Source: a virus (lineage: Duplodnaviria > Caudoviricetes). From it: a stretch of 64,000 bases of DNA. The position numbers and the translations under genes are program-made. The stretch's first letter is position 1, and each line of letters begins with the position of its first letter. A model generated the notes under the pieces. That model searched no databases and was not told where the DNA came from. It saw nothing but the letters and a program-made list of their open reading frames with translations. The stretch is taken from the IMG/VR virus record IMGVR_UViG_3300031813_000003, positions 128,001-192,000 of that record; one strand, 5' to 3'. Shown here piece by piece: positions 1-11,026 of the stretch.

Positions 1-375
1 TTTACATACGAATCAACTAACACAAGTTCAGCTTCAGTGACTGATTTTGATTATACCTTTACTACTTCAGGATCATCAGCTGCATTTATTTCAGAATTTG
101 ACACAACTGCAAATTTTATACTTTCATCAATTCCAATAACAGCATCAAATGGAAATTTTAATAACACAACTGTAACTTTTACTAAGCCTGGAGTAGTTAC
201 AAAATATGTATGGTCATTATATATAAGTGGAAATCTAGTCGAAACTTTGACTACATATCTTAATAATGTATCATTTTCAATACCATCTGGTGATTATTCT
301 AATGGAACCATAGGATTAACTATATTTTATAAAAATGGCTCATACACTTTAAATAGTAGGGCAATTTGTGTGTGA
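1..375 (+). CDS. Virion structural protein, 3' part (frame open at window start)
   Basis: Frame 1 is open from base 1; S/T/N-rich beta-type composition; lies upstream of baseplate and tail genes. Confidence 0.55.
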   Translation, partial: FTYESTNTSSASVTDFDYTFTTSGSSAAFISEFDTTANFILSSIPITASNGNFNNTTVTFTKPGVVTKYVWSLYISGNLVETLTTYLNNVSFSIPSGDYSNGTIGLTIFYKNGSYTLNSRAICV

Positions 376-405
376 TAAATAAAAATAAAAACAAAAGGTA
401 TATAC

Positions 406-2178
406 ATGTCAAATTTTAATTTTCTTAGTGGGTCATCAATAGATACATATCCAAATATGTTATTCACTATGTTGGAAAGAGCCGAATGTTACCTAGGGTT
501 CTCTAAAGGTAGTCCAAAAAATCAATGGGGAATTAGTTCTCTAATACAGATACAACATACAAATTCAAATTACTTGAATGTAATTGCAACATCAGGGGCA
601 GGTACGACAGCAAGCAAATTCTATGATAACAATTCAGTTATATTAAATAGTGCGGGTGTTGATAAGCAATCTGTATATATTGTCAGATATAATGTATCTG
701 ATACTGGATTTACAACTCCTACTGCTATTACAAATATAGGAACTTTAACTTTATCATATATAAACAAGACTTGGGCTGTAATACAAGGATTAGTCAATAA
801 CTATTATAGTCTTATGCCTATAAGTACTTCATACAACTATTATATACAAAACTGGAATAGTACTGTAAGAGTAATGATAAATTCAAAATCATTATCTAAT
901 GTTCCATTTTATTCAGAAAATTGTAGTCTATATTATGCCCCTGTATCAGGTGGAAGTTACACACTTTTGGCACAAAATCTTCAAAAAACTACAAATATGT
1001 TAGGTGAATCATTTGTAACTGGACTTAGAAATCCTTCTACAATTATTGATACTGATATTGATGGATTACTTAATATGAATGACCCATCTTCTATTAAGAA
1101 AAATACACTTTTAAATTCTACTTTTAGATTAGTATCAACTTTATCATCTGGAAGTATACTAATTGATGATATGCGTTTTACTGATCCAACAATAGGAACA
1201 AATGAGTTATATACTGAAGTTTCTTCATATGAAGGATCACAATCATATTTAACCTTAAATTTTCCATTTATTGATAAACAACAGTATCTTAAATTTGTTA
1301 TAGGTAGTAATCAGATAAATTCATTAGCTATATGGCAAGAAGCTTTACCATATACTTCTGTAATTCCTGTTGCGGATAGTAATCCTCCAGGAATAGATAT
1401 TTCATATGTTAAAAATCCTTGTGTTCATTCTTCATTGTTTGATGTGAATGGTCTTTCACAAATTCAAACATCTGAAGTGACATATGTAAAAGAATTAAAT
1501 AATTCTACAGAAGTTAGTGCGGCAATAGCAAATGGGTTTACTATTGTTCCATTACAACTTGTTGGTGAAAATATTTCTCATAGCGGTATTATAAGACAAA
1601 CTATATCAGCAAGTGGATCATTAACTAATACAATACTTATGGAAGATTTTCATACATTTGTAGTAGGAGATCAGATTTTTATTCCATTTGAACCACAAAG
1701 TACTACGTTCCCTGGAACTACATATTTTGTTCAGTCTGTTGACTACACACCATCAGCATCATTTATAACTTTAACAACTAATATTGTTATTGATGAAGAT
1801 TTATTATTGTATACTACTCTTAATTCAGAACCATCAAATGTAAATGCAAGTATCACATTAGCATCAACTACTGACAAAGAGACTGCATTAATGAATGGAT
1901 TTACTAATGTTCTAATTACAAAGACTGTTCCTAGGATAGGTGGGTCTAGTCCAACTCAGAATGTATATAGACAGTTATTCATATCATGGCAACCAAAGGA
2001 TTCTACAGGAGCTATTTGTAGTAGTCCTATATACTCTGGAGACTCCAATTTATATGGTGCAAATTTTAATATAAATAATTGGAAATACGACAATGGTTTA
2101 ATTCTTTACTTGTCCAATAAACTTCCAATATATCGTAAGTGGGCTAGTGTAGATGAACAATTCCAGATTATTCTTTAA
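406..2178 (+). CDS. Baseplate wedge protein, T4 gp8-like
   Basis: C-terminus YRQLFI...GLILYLSNKLPIYRKWASVDEQFQIIL resembles the gp8 C-terminal motif; preceded by late-type TAAATA. Confidence 0.55.
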   Translation: MSNFNFLSGSSIDTYPNMLFTMLERAECYLGFSKGSPKNQWGISSLIQIQHTNSNYLNVIATSGAGTTASKFYDNNSVILNSAGVDKQSVYIVRYNVSDTGFTTPTAITNIGTLTLSYINKTWAVIQGLVNNYYSLMPISTSYNYYIQNWNSTVRVMINSKSLSNVPFYSENCSLYYAPVSGGSYTLLAQNLQKTTNMLGESFVTGLRNPSTIIDTDIDGLLNMNDPSSIKKNTLLNSTFRLVSTLSSGSILIDDMRFTDPTIGTNELYTEVSSYEGSQSYLTLNFPFIDKQQYLKFVIGSNQINSLAIWQEALPYTSVIPVADSNPPGIDISYVKNPCVHSSLFDVNGLSQIQTSEVTYVKELNNSTEVSAAIANGFTIVPLQLVGENISHSGIIRQTISASGSLTNTILMEDFHTFVVGDQIFIPFEPQSTTFPGTTYFVQSVDYTPSASFITLTTNIVIDEDLLLYTTLNSEPSNVNASITLASTTDKETALMNGFTNVLITKTVPRIGGSSPTQNVYRQLFISWQPKDSTGAICSSPIYSGDSNLYGANFNINNWKYDNGLILYLSNKLPIYRKWASVDEQFQIIL

Positions 2179-2190
2179 TAGGATCAAATA

Positions 2191-4512
2191 ATGACTGCAC
2201 CTAACCAAAACAATAGATATCAGAATGCAGATTCTTCTTCAATCTATAATATCAAAACAAATCTTAACTCATTTCTATCAGACTTTGCAAGCCTTGATTT
2301 TACAAATGTAGTTCAAAATAATTTGTTTAATAACATAGATGGTAATGGGAATCTCCTTCATTGGAATACATATCAGGTTCTTAGTCTTACAGGGAAATAT
2401 AATTCAACAAATAAATATATCCCAATAACTTTTGCTCCTAGTGGTAGTATATCTCAAAATATATCTACCAATCTTAAGAGTAATTTAAGTTATAGTCTTA
2501 TACTTTATGGATCATCTTCTGTTTCAGGGGCATTGAAAGTTAGTGTATCTTCTTTAAGTAACTATCAGATTTATAATCTATCTGTTACAACTGAACTAAA
2601 CTCTGCATCAACAATGATAAACAGTTCAGTATCTGGTATTGTTCAAAAACATATCATTACATTTAAAACTACAGCAACATCTGCTGTATCAAGTGATATC
2701 ACAGTAACAATACAGAATCTAACATCAAATACTGTATCTGGAACATTTCAAAATATTTTGGTGTATGACAGTCTTATAGAACTAGGAAGTCTACCAGATT
2801 CAAAAGAATTGGCAATTCAAACAGGTATTATTCCTGGGGCATTATATATAAATCCAATTTTTGATGCAACAGGTGTTGCTGTATCTGGTGTTCCTTTAAT
2901 AAATACTGGATATTTAAAGGATATCTATACCAATAGAAAGTATAGCTTTAATGCGTTAAACAATAACTTTTTTTTACAAGAGTTAGACTATACAACTACC
3001 CAAGAACCAGCAGACCCATTAGGGATAAAAATACAGAATGATAGCGGTTCTGCTACTTATTATGTAAGAGTAGTTGGAGGGAATCTTCAATTAGAAGAAA
3101 TACAAAATATATCAGTAGTAAGCCCAATCATTCAAGATTTTGAAAATGGGTGTATTTACTCTATGCATGTATCAGGCTCAACACCTACTTTATACATGAG
3201 GCAAGATTCATTTGTACCAGTTGATACAGTTTTTAGTGAAGTTACTAGTGCTGGTATTCCTACAGGTAATAAATTTATTATGATAGTCAATAATGGATCA
3301 TTGACTATAGAGCAAACAGACTCAAGTTGTTTAGAAAATCCTTCTACATCTGCTACTTATAAACAAATGAAAGATTTATCCAATGGTCTTTGTTATAAAT
3401 TGTCTATTGTTAGTGGTGCTTTAAACATAACACAAATTGTATATAATGGTTATGATAAAGCTTCTTATTCTGTTAGAGATTATGACAATAACATAAATTA
3501 TAATCTTATAATAGAAAATGGTGTTATAAGTATTGTACAAGCTTATAGTGTTTCAGTAGATGATATTTTTGCTCAAGGTAATATAAACACAGCTGCAATT
3601 TCAGCATTGAGTAATAAAATTGATAGTGATAATGCACTATTATCTCAATCAATTTCAGCATTAAATAATACATTTGTGATTGAAAGTAATGCATTATCAG
3701 CATCAATTACAAATTTACAATCAAACATATCTTCAGTTAATTCAACTTTACTTTTAGATAATACAAATTTATCAAATGCAATTACTACGTTGAATTTGAA
3801 TACTAACACATTATCTGCATCTGTATCTGCTTTAACTACAGACATATACAATATTGTAAGTTCATTTTCAACTACTGCGTTACCTAATACAATACCTCTT
3901 AGAGATGGTTATGGTAAACTTTTAGTATCTTCAGGGCCTAGTGGTGGTATATCATTCCCAAATAATGCATTTGGAGAACCAATAGATTACGCAACAATAC
4001 AATTACTCAATCCAGGTGGTATAACAGGAAGATCAGAATTAACAATATCAGTAGGAAGTGATCCAAGTAGCTATTCTGATGCGGATACTATAAATTTTAA
4101 AACCACTGATTCAAATAATAGAGGTGGTGTGTATGTAAATGGTCACTCTATCTATCATAATGGTAATTGTGTTAATTCTGCGTATTATGGAGCATCTGGT
4201 GGACCTATTCCAGTTGGAGGTTATTATACATTCCCCAATGGATTAATATTACAATGGGGTAAAGTATATGTTTCAGATATTGTATCTTCCACTATAATAT
4301 CTGTTACTTTTCCAGTGTCTTTTCCATCAGCAGCAGTTCCTAGTGTATTTGTATCAGATGAATGTTATACTCAATTTCAATTATCAACATATGCAGTTCA
4401 AAGTATAACAACTTCTGGATTTAATATCATGGCTACTGAAAGTATATCAATAGTGTATCCACATACATATCATTGGTATGCTATTGGAACTACTGATATA
4501 TTATATTCATAA
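2191..4512 (+). CDS. Tail fibre protein
   Basis: Coiled-coil segment, then C-terminal GYYTFPNGLILQWG...VTFPVSF...WYAIG tail-fibre domain; followed by a chaperone gene. Confidence 0.8.
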   Translation: MTAPNQNNRYQNADSSSIYNIKTNLNSFLSDFASLDFTNVVQNNLFNNIDGNGNLLHWNTYQVLSLTGKYNSTNKYIPITFAPSGSISQNISTNLKSNLSYSLILYGSSSVSGALKVSVSSLSNYQIYNLSVTTELNSASTMINSSVSGIVQKHIITFKTTATSAVSSDITVTIQNLTSNTVSGTFQNILVYDSLIELGSLPDSKELAIQTGIIPGALYINPIFDATGVAVSGVPLINTGYLKDIYTNRKYSFNALNNNFFLQELDYTTTQEPADPLGIKIQNDSGSATYYVRVVGGNLQLEEIQNISVVSPIIQDFENGCIYSMHVSGSTPTLYMRQDSFVPVDTVFSEVTSAGIPTGNKFIMIVNNGSLTIEQTDSSCLENPSTSATYKQMKDLSNGLCYKLSIVSGALNITQIVYNGYDKASYSVRDYDNNINYNLIIENGVISIVQAYSVSVDDIFAQGNINTAAISALSNKIDSDNALLSQSISALNNTFVIESNALSASITNLQSNISSVNSTLLLDNTNLSNAITTLNLNTNTLSASVSALTTDIYNIVSSFSTTALPNTIPLRDGYGKLLVSSGPSGGISFPNNAFGEPIDYATIQLLNPGGITGRSELTISVGSDPSSYSDADTINFKTTDSNNRGGVYVNGHSIYHNGNCVNSAYYGASGGPIPVGGYYTFPNGLILQWGKVYVSDIVSSTIISVTFPVSFPSAAVPSVFVSDECYTQFQLSTYAVQSITTSGFNIMATESISIVYPHTYHWYAIGTTDILYS

Positions 4513-4522
4513 GGAATTATAT

Positions 4523-4933
4523 ATGTATTATTATAGTGCTTCATTAAATGGATTTTATACAAGCAAAATTCATGGTAAAAATATACCATCAGATTCAATT
4601 GAAATAACTGATGAATTATATAAAAATTTAATAGACGGTCAATGTTATGGAAAAAGAATAATACCTGATATAGATGGTAATCCTATATTATCAGAGTATA
4701 TTCAACCAAGTATAGAAAAAAAATCTGAAAATACTAGGGTTATCAGAAATAATCTTTTAAGTTCATGTGATTGGACTATGTTATCTGATGTTGTATTATC
4801 AGATGATTTAAAAAATGCATGGAAATCATATAGACAATCACTTAGAGATATTACAACTCAGAAAACCTTTCCAGATGTTGTTTGGCCTAATATCCCAGGG
4901 ACTATAAATACTCCAGAGGTATCTGGAACATAA
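4523..4933 (+). CDS. Tail fibre assembly chaperone
   Basis: YYYSASLNGFY..IHG..IPSD.IEIT and RNNLLSSCDWTMLSD...WKSYRQSLRDI..Q.TFP..VWP motifs; AAGGA RBS. Confidence 0.85.
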   Translation: MYYYSASLNGFYTSKIHGKNIPSDSIEITDELYKNLIDGQCYGKRIIPDIDGNPILSEYIQPSIEKKSENTRVIRNNLLSSCDWTMLSDVVLSDDLKNAWKSYRQSLRDITTQKTFPDVVWPNIPGTINTPEVSGT

Positions 4934-5198
4934 ATCTTACCCTGCTCCAGAGGGGCGTTTTCATTATACACCCACTTTTAGGATTTTGTCAAGTTTAATT
5001 CATAACATATTGAAATATAATAAATTATGAAATAAATTGGAAGATGAATAAAAGATATTGACATAAAATGATAGATGTTCTAGGATTGTTCTCAGTTGAA
5101 CCCAGTAAGGAAGTTAATTGCATTCAAGATATATCTTACCCTGCTCCAGAGGGGCGTTTTTCATTATACACCCACTTTTGGGGTTTTGTCAAGTTTAA
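4934..5198 (-). repeat. Two ~65 bp direct repeats (4934-4998, 5133-5198), each a leftward TTGACA-N18-TATAAT promoter
   Basis: Near-identical copies; reverse complement reads TTGACAAAATCCTAAAAGTGGGTGTATAAT. Confidence 0.85.
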
Positions 5199-5230
5199 AT
5201 CAAAATAAAATAAAAGGAGAATAATATCAA

Positions 5231-5692
5231 ATGAATACAAAATTCGTAGCAATTCTAGAAGAACTGGACAGAGATCAACTTGATGAGGGTAGAGGAAGAC
5301 CTAAGAAAGAAGTCGATCCAAATGCAGAAGTGAAATCAAAAGGTAAAAGAGGTCGCCCTGCTAAGAATTCAATTTCAGATGATGACGATTCAGGCAAAGA
5401 AGGTGTAAGAGATATCAAGCTTTACTCTTACATTACTGCAGGTAGGGGCAAGAATCGTCAGGAAGCAACTGAAACCAAAGAACTCAAAGGTGTGACCATC
5501 GATCAAATTAAAAAGATTGCGGCTGATAATGAGCACATGCTTTGTGTGAAATATTCTAAAAAATGGGATTTTGATCTTGATGAAATTAATGTACAAATCA
5601 AGGATTCCCTAGGATGGACAGGTGCAAGGGCTGAAGATCACACATCAAATGATGATTCATCAGATGATGACGATTACGTAGTAAATTCATAA
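5231..5692 (+). CDS. AT-hook DNA-binding protein with acidic tail
   Basis: GRGRPKK and KRGRPAK motifs. Confidence 0.6.
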   Translation: MNTKFVAILEELDRDQLDEGRGRPKKEVDPNAEVKSKGKRGRPAKNSISDDDDSGKEGVRDIKLYSYITAGRGKNRQEATETKELKGVTIDQIKKIAADNEHMLCVKYSKKWDFDLDEINVQIKDSLGWTGARAEDHTSNDDSSDDDDYVVNS

Positions 5693-6134
5693 TCGTAAAT
5701 AAATTTCAAATTAAAATTGACAAGAGACTCCATCTAATGTAAGGTTAGATGGAGTTTTCATTTAAAGGAGGAGAATTGATGCGAAATTTGAGTTTTATCC
5801 TGTGGATGCTGTTTTGGGGTCCATCTTGTACGTCAGAAAAATTTATTATGTCTAAAATATATCCCGCAGATTATATGATGTACACTGGTAGTAATGCAGT
5901 TTGTGATATCATAAATTTGATTATCTATGTATGGATAGCGTTGAAACTATACGAAAAAAGGTAAACCTGATATGAATTTATTTTGTGCCCTAGGGTTTCA
6001 CAATTATGGAAAATGGAAAGTATATACCTTTGATATTGTTTCAGGTCAACCTACTCAATATTATAGAACTTGTGATATATGCAAAAAGAGAAAGTTGGGT
6101 ATTTCTAAAATAAAAATTGTAAATCAGGATTGAT

Positions 6135-8018
6135 ATGACCCAAGAAACGATTGCTTTAAGAAAGAATGATATTAAATCTTTAACAGATGTCGAGCATGTT
6201 CTACTAAGACCTCAGATGTATGCAGGATCAAACAATGAAGAAGTTTATCCGACATACATATATGAAGCTGGTAAGATTGTTCTAAAAGATATTCCACAAA
6301 TTCCAGCACTACTTAAATTGTTTGATGAAATAATTTCTAATTCCCTGGATGAAGCTATCAGGACACAATTTAATTACAGCACCAAAATAAAAGTGAATTA
6401 TGATAAACTCTCAGGAGAATTAACCATAAGGGATACTGGTAGAGGATTACCAATTGAATTTGATAAAGCCTTAAAGAAGTGGACTCCTGAGATCATTTTC
6501 ACACACCTTCGTGCAGGGTCGAACTTTGATGACTCAAACAAGGAAATGTTAGTTGGTCAATTTGGGGTTGGTGGTAGTCTTGTGCCAATTTTCTCTAAGA
6601 AGTTTACAGTAGAAACTGCCAATGGTCAACAATTCTATAAGCAGACATATGAAAATCATTTGGCAATCAAGAGAAAACCAACTATTGAACCATCTAAGCT
6701 GAACTATACCGCTGTTCAGTATTTACCCAACTACGATTACTTCAAGGTAAGTGACCTTGTTAAAGAACATTTAGGAACTTTGTATGAGAAGCGTGTAAGG
6801 GATTTAGCATTTGCTTATCCTGAAGTGACTTTCTCATTCAACGGGGAGAAGATAGCTGTACCCAAGTTGAAGCAGTTTGTGGAGTCAATACATCCTATCT
6901 ATGAGTGTAATGAGGTAGAGAATGGTAGAGTAGCTATCTTCTATTCTGATACTGACTTTCAGCAGCTTTCCATTGTCAATGGTGCAAACACTATGAGGGG
7001 TGGTACTCATGTCGATTATGCTACCAACAAGATCATTGAACATGTAAGGGCATTTCTAAAAAAGAAACATAAACTAGAAGTTAAACCAATTGATATTAAA
7101 AGTAAAATTTTTCTACTTTTATCTATCAGGATGCAGAACCCTGCATTCGATTCACAAACCAAAGAAAGATTGATATCTGTTAACAACTTCAAGACATTGA
7201 TTGATGATCTTCTATCTGAAAAGTTCCTCAATACAATTCTAAAGAACGATGAAATCATACTCCCAATAGTTGAGTCATATAAACTAAAACTTCAGGTCAA
7301 AGAGAATGTAGAACTGAAGAAACTAGGGCAACAGAAAAAGAAGGTTCGTGTTGATAAGTATTATCCTGCAACCAGATATAGAAAATATCTAGTTCTGACT
7401 GAAGGTGATTCAGCCTGTAACGGATTAATGTCAGTCCTAGGAAGAGAAGAGTTCTCATATTTCCCACTGAAAGGTAAACCATTAAACGTTTTGGAAGCGA
7501 CAACAGAAAAAATCAAGTCAAATGATGAAATCAAGAATATTGTCACTATCTTAGGATTAAGACTTGACAAGGATATACAAAATGATCTATCATACGACTT
7601 TGTTTTGATTGCGTCTGACCAAGACCTTGATGGAATCGATATTCGTGGATTACTATTAGGATTCTTTCACAAGTTTGGAACTTCTTTACTCCAAGCTGGA
7701 AGAATCAAGTTTATCAGGACTCCGATTGTTGCAGGATTCGATAGAGCAGGAAAAATTAAGGATTTCTTCTTTACCCTTCCTGAGTATAACGAGAAAAAGA
7801 ATCCTAGCCTTAAGTACAATTACTATAAGGGGTTGGCTTCCTGGGAAGCTTCTGATCTTAATCAGCTTATTAAACTAAAAGGAATTGAACACTTTATTCA
7901 GACTTATGAATATGATGAACATACTGCTAAGATGATCACTAACTGGTTATCCAAAGCAACTGTTGATTATCGTAAAGAACAGCTGAGAGGGATAGAGTTC
8001 AATATAAACACTATATGA
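6135..8018 (+). CDS. DNA topoisomerase II large subunit (GHKL ATPase plus TOPRIM; gp39+60-like)
   Basis: EHVLLRPQMY, FDEIISNSLDE, GQFGVGG, TEGDSA, PLKGK, DQDLDG, YYKGL. Confidence 0.95.
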   Translation: MTQETIALRKNDIKSLTDVEHVLLRPQMYAGSNNEEVYPTYIYEAGKIVLKDIPQIPALLKLFDEIISNSLDEAIRTQFNYSTKIKVNYDKLSGELTIRDTGRGLPIEFDKALKKWTPEIIFTHLRAGSNFDDSNKEMLVGQFGVGGSLVPIFSKKFTVETANGQQFYKQTYENHLAIKRKPTIEPSKLNYTAVQYLPNYDYFKVSDLVKEHLGTLYEKRVRDLAFAYPEVTFSFNGEKIAVPKLKQFVESIHPIYECNEVENGRVAIFYSDTDFQQLSIVNGANTMRGGTHVDYATNKIIEHVRAFLKKKHKLEVKPIDIKSKIFLLLSIRMQNPAFDSQTKERLISVNNFKTLIDDLLSEKFLNTILKNDEIILPIVESYKLKLQVKENVELKKLGQQKKKVRVDKYYPATRYRKYLVLTEGDSACNGLMSVLGREEFSYFPLKGKPLNVLEATTEKIKSNDEIKNIVTILGLRLDKDIQNDLSYDFVLIASDQDLDGIDIRGLLLGFFHKFGTSLLQAGRIKFIRTPIVAGFDRAGKIKDFFFTLPEYNEKKNPSLKYNYYKGLASWEASDLNQLIKLKGIEHFIQTYEYDEHTAKMITNWLSKATVDYRKEQLRGIEFNINTI

Positions 8019-8218
8019 CATGTAAAAAATGTAAAGATACAGGTGAGTTTAATTATCAAATTACACTTGATCCTGAATCTACTGTTTTAATGCCTTGCCC
8101 TGAATGTACTATTCAGGGCATACATGAATTTCATTGTATCCATTGCGGTGATCCTAAATGTCAAGACTGTAGCTACAATGGTAAAATTGAAAAGATAAGG
8201 AGTAAGAGTGCAAATTAA
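8015..8218 (+). CDS. Small Cys-rich zinc-binding protein
   Basis: Four CxxC pairs; overlaps both neighbours. Confidence 0.55.
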   Translation: MTCKKCKDTGEFNYQITLDPESTVLMPCPECTIQGIHEFHCIHCGDPKCQDCSYNGKIEKIRSKSAN

Positions 8219-9545
8219 AAAGTTTTTTGATGATGAATTTAGTAGTTTTGCATCTTACTCAGCATTCAGGGGAATAGGTAACTTCATAGATGGAGCAAAA
8301 CCTTCATCCAGAAAGGTTATACATGCGGTCAAAAACCTCAAGGAGAAGACCAAGGTTGCCTCTTTAGCGGCAAGGATCGTGGATACCCTAGAGTACCTTC
8401 ATGGTCAGGTTTCCCTTGAAGGTGTTATATCTGGTATGGCTCAGAATTACCCAGGATCAAACAACATTAACATCCTTGAACCTAAAGGTGACTTTGGTTC
8501 TGTCTGTATCCAGAAAGCTGGTGCTTCACGTTACATCTATATCAACAAGGAAAAGATATACGATACCATATTCCGTTCAGTAGATGAACATGTTCTGATA
8601 GAACAAGAATTTGAAGGAACAAAGATTGAACCTCAGTTCTATGTTCCTATCATCCCTATGCTGCTGGTCAATGGATCAGAGGGTATTGGTACTGGATTCG
8701 CACAGAAGATTCTTCCTAGGAACATTAATGAGATAACCGAATATATCAAGAATGTCATATCTGGTAAAAAGAACAAGAATGACATATTGCCATACTTCAA
8801 TGGATTTAAGGGTGAGATAAAGAAACTTGATGGATTCTCCTATGAGATTTATGGCAAGTTCGAAAGACAGAACACTTCTACTATCTTGGTTACTGAACTT
8901 CCTATAGGGTATGACATTGAAAAATACTGTGCTATCCTAGCTAAACTGGAAGACGATAAGATTATAACTGACTTCACCGACAAATCTGAACCAAAAGAAA
9001 ATAAATTTCTCTTTGAGATAAAAGCAAGTAGAGAGTTTGTCAAGAAAGATGATGAATTTATTATCAATACCCTGAAGCTGATAAAACGTGTTACAGAGAA
9101 CTTTACTTGTATCGGTGAGAACAATGAAATAGTTGAATTCAAGTCTGATACAGAAATTCTTGATGGTTATATCAAAGTTCGATTGACTTACTATGAGAAG
9201 AGGAAAGCTTATCTAATAAAGAAGATCAAAGAAGACTTGATGATTGCTGGAAGTAAATTTTTCTTTGTTAAACTTGTCCTAGAAGATAAAATCAAGGTAT
9301 ACAGGCAAACCAAACAGTTTATCCTTGATCAGATTTCAGCTAATAGCAGTTTCCCTTTCTTTAAGGTAGATGATTCATTCAATTATCTGGTAAATATGCC
9401 AATCCATAGCTTCTCAACGGACACTATTTCCACCTTGAAAGAAGATATAGAAAAAAAGAAATTGCAATTAAAAGAGATTACTGATATAACTATACAGGAT
9501 ATGTGGCTCAAGGAGTTAAAAGAACTCCAGAAGGAACTTAAATGA
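8208..9545 (+). CDS. DNA topoisomerase II medium subunit (gp52/GyrA-like)
   Basis: DGAKPSSRK, YLHG, ASRY active site, LLVNGSEGIGTGF. Confidence 0.95.
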   Translation: MQIKKFFDDEFSSFASYSAFRGIGNFIDGAKPSSRKVIHAVKNLKEKTKVASLAARIVDTLEYLHGQVSLEGVISGMAQNYPGSNNINILEPKGDFGSVCIQKAGASRYIYINKEKIYDTIFRSVDEHVLIEQEFEGTKIEPQFYVPIIPMLLVNGSEGIGTGFAQKILPRNINEITEYIKNVISGKKNKNDILPYFNGFKGEIKKLDGFSYEIYGKFERQNTSTILVTELPIGYDIEKYCAILAKLEDDKIITDFTDKSEPKENKFLFEIKASREFVKKDDEFIINTLKLIKRVTENFTCIGENNEIVEFKSDTEILDGYIKVRLTYYEKRKAYLIKKIKEDLMIAGSKFFFVKLVLEDKIKVYRQTKQFILDQISANSSFPFFKVDDSFNYLVNMPIHSFSTDTISTLKEDIEKKKLQLKEITDITIQDMWLKELKELQKELK

Positions 9546-9708
9546 AAGAACAAACCATTAAAGATTTACAAGAAATGAAACGTAAAGTTATAAGGGAAAT
9601 GCCGCATATAAACTGTTTCCCTAGACCTTGGCTTAAATGCTCATGCTATAAACATAAGCTGATTTATGAATTAGATATTGCTATATTAAAAGTATCCAGG
9701 GAGCCTTA

Positions 9709-10038
9709 ATGAAAACTGAACGTGATAAATTTTTAACTGAATTTATGGGCGAATGTTGGCATGACGCTCTAACTTCGGATCAAGTATCTTTTGGTGAAAT
9801 ATGTGGATGTAGTCAATTCAAAGACAAGCATATAAATTTCTCAACATGGGAAGGATTTGGTATCTTATGGGAATGGGTATATAAACAGGATTTCTATAGT
9901 CACTTCATATGGAAGAATGATCCATTCAAAACTACATTACCTAGAATTGGATATGGTCCTGCTCATTCATTTTATGAATTTGGTCCTGATAAACTAGCAG
10001 ATCAGCTTTATGCTTTTCTAAAAGAGGACAATAAATGA
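9709..10038 (+). CDS. Hypothetical phage protein
   Basis: ORF with GGAG RBS in a gene-dense operon. Confidence 0.6.
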   Translation: MKTERDKFLTEFMGECWHDALTSDQVSFGEICGCSQFKDKHINFSTWEGFGILWEWVYKQDFYSHFIWKNDPFKTTLPRIGYGPAHSFYEFGPDKLADQLYAFLKEDNK

Positions 10039-10192
10039 TTAGTAGAAAAAATAGAAGGTAAGGCTTTCCCGAAAGGAATTTGGTACTACCTAGGAAGAGG
10101 ATGTGGGGTTGGTTTTGGAATAAATTTTACTAAACCTATCGGGTTTAGGATAAACAGATTCTGGAAAATCATTACATATAATGGAGAACCAA

Positions 10193-11026
10193 ATGAAAAT
10201 TAGAATATGTTCAGACCTGCATACTGAATTCATCAAGTTCAACAAAATAGAGAAGACCTTGAATAGGATACTTCCAATCGATACTGAAGATAAGGATACC
10301 ATTCTGGTCTGTGCAGGGGATATCGGAACTTACAGATACTATACATCTACATACAAACCCTTCTTCAGAATCATGTCTGAGCGATTCAGGAAGGTCATTG
10401 TAGTGCCTGGAAACCACAGCTGGTACTCTAGCTCTGTTTGGGGCATAGAAGCGTCTATATGGGACGATAAGAAGGTTCCTGATAATGTTCATTATCTTGA
10501 TAACAAATCCCTCGTTGTTGATGATGTTCTCTTCATAGGATCGGCTTTGTGGACTGACTTCTTTAGACAAGACCCATTTGCTATGCAGTATGCATCTAGG
10601 AACATGTCAGACTTTGAACTCATTAAGAAATCAACCCCTGAAATTAGGGCTGATTACGGTCAGATCATTGCTACTAATAGGGTGCTGCCATTTGATACTG
10701 TGATTCGTCACAAGGAATCCGTAGCATTCATTAAAAGTGAATTGGAGAAACATAACGACATGAAAACCGTTATGGTTAGTCATCATGCCCCTACTGCTAT
10801 GAGTGTCCCTGAAAGATTCAAGGGTGCTTCTCTGAATGGTGCGTATTACAGCAATCTGGAAGATATCATGCTGGATAACAATCAGATTAAGTATTGGATT
10901 CACGGTCACATGCATGATAGCACGTCATATGAAGTTGGTAGTACTCAAGTTATATGCAATCCTTTCGGTTATTACTACAAGATGGAGAATATGAACTTCG
11001 TTGGAAATTTGGTTAAGGAGATTTGA
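10193..11026 (+). CDS. Calcineurin-like metallophosphoesterase
   Basis: SDLH, AGD, GNH, HH and HGHMH motifs. Confidence 0.92.
   Translation: MKIRICSDLHTEFIKFNKIEKTLNRILPIDTEDKDTILVCAGDIGTYRYYTSTYKPFFRIMSERFRKVIVVPGNHSWYSSSVWGIEASIWDDKKVPDNVHYLDNKSLVVDDVLFIGSALWTDFFRQDPFAMQYASRNMSDFELIKKSTPEIRADYGQIIATNRVLPFDTVIRHKESVAFIKSELEKHNDMKTVMVSHHAPTAMSVPERFKGASLNGAYYSNLEDIMLDNNQIKYWIHGHMHDSTSYEVGSTQVICNPFGYYYKMENMNFVGNLVKEI

Noticed and set aside
2191-4512. Diversity-generating retroelement target in the tail fibre
   Set aside because: No template repeat or reverse transcriptase seen in this window
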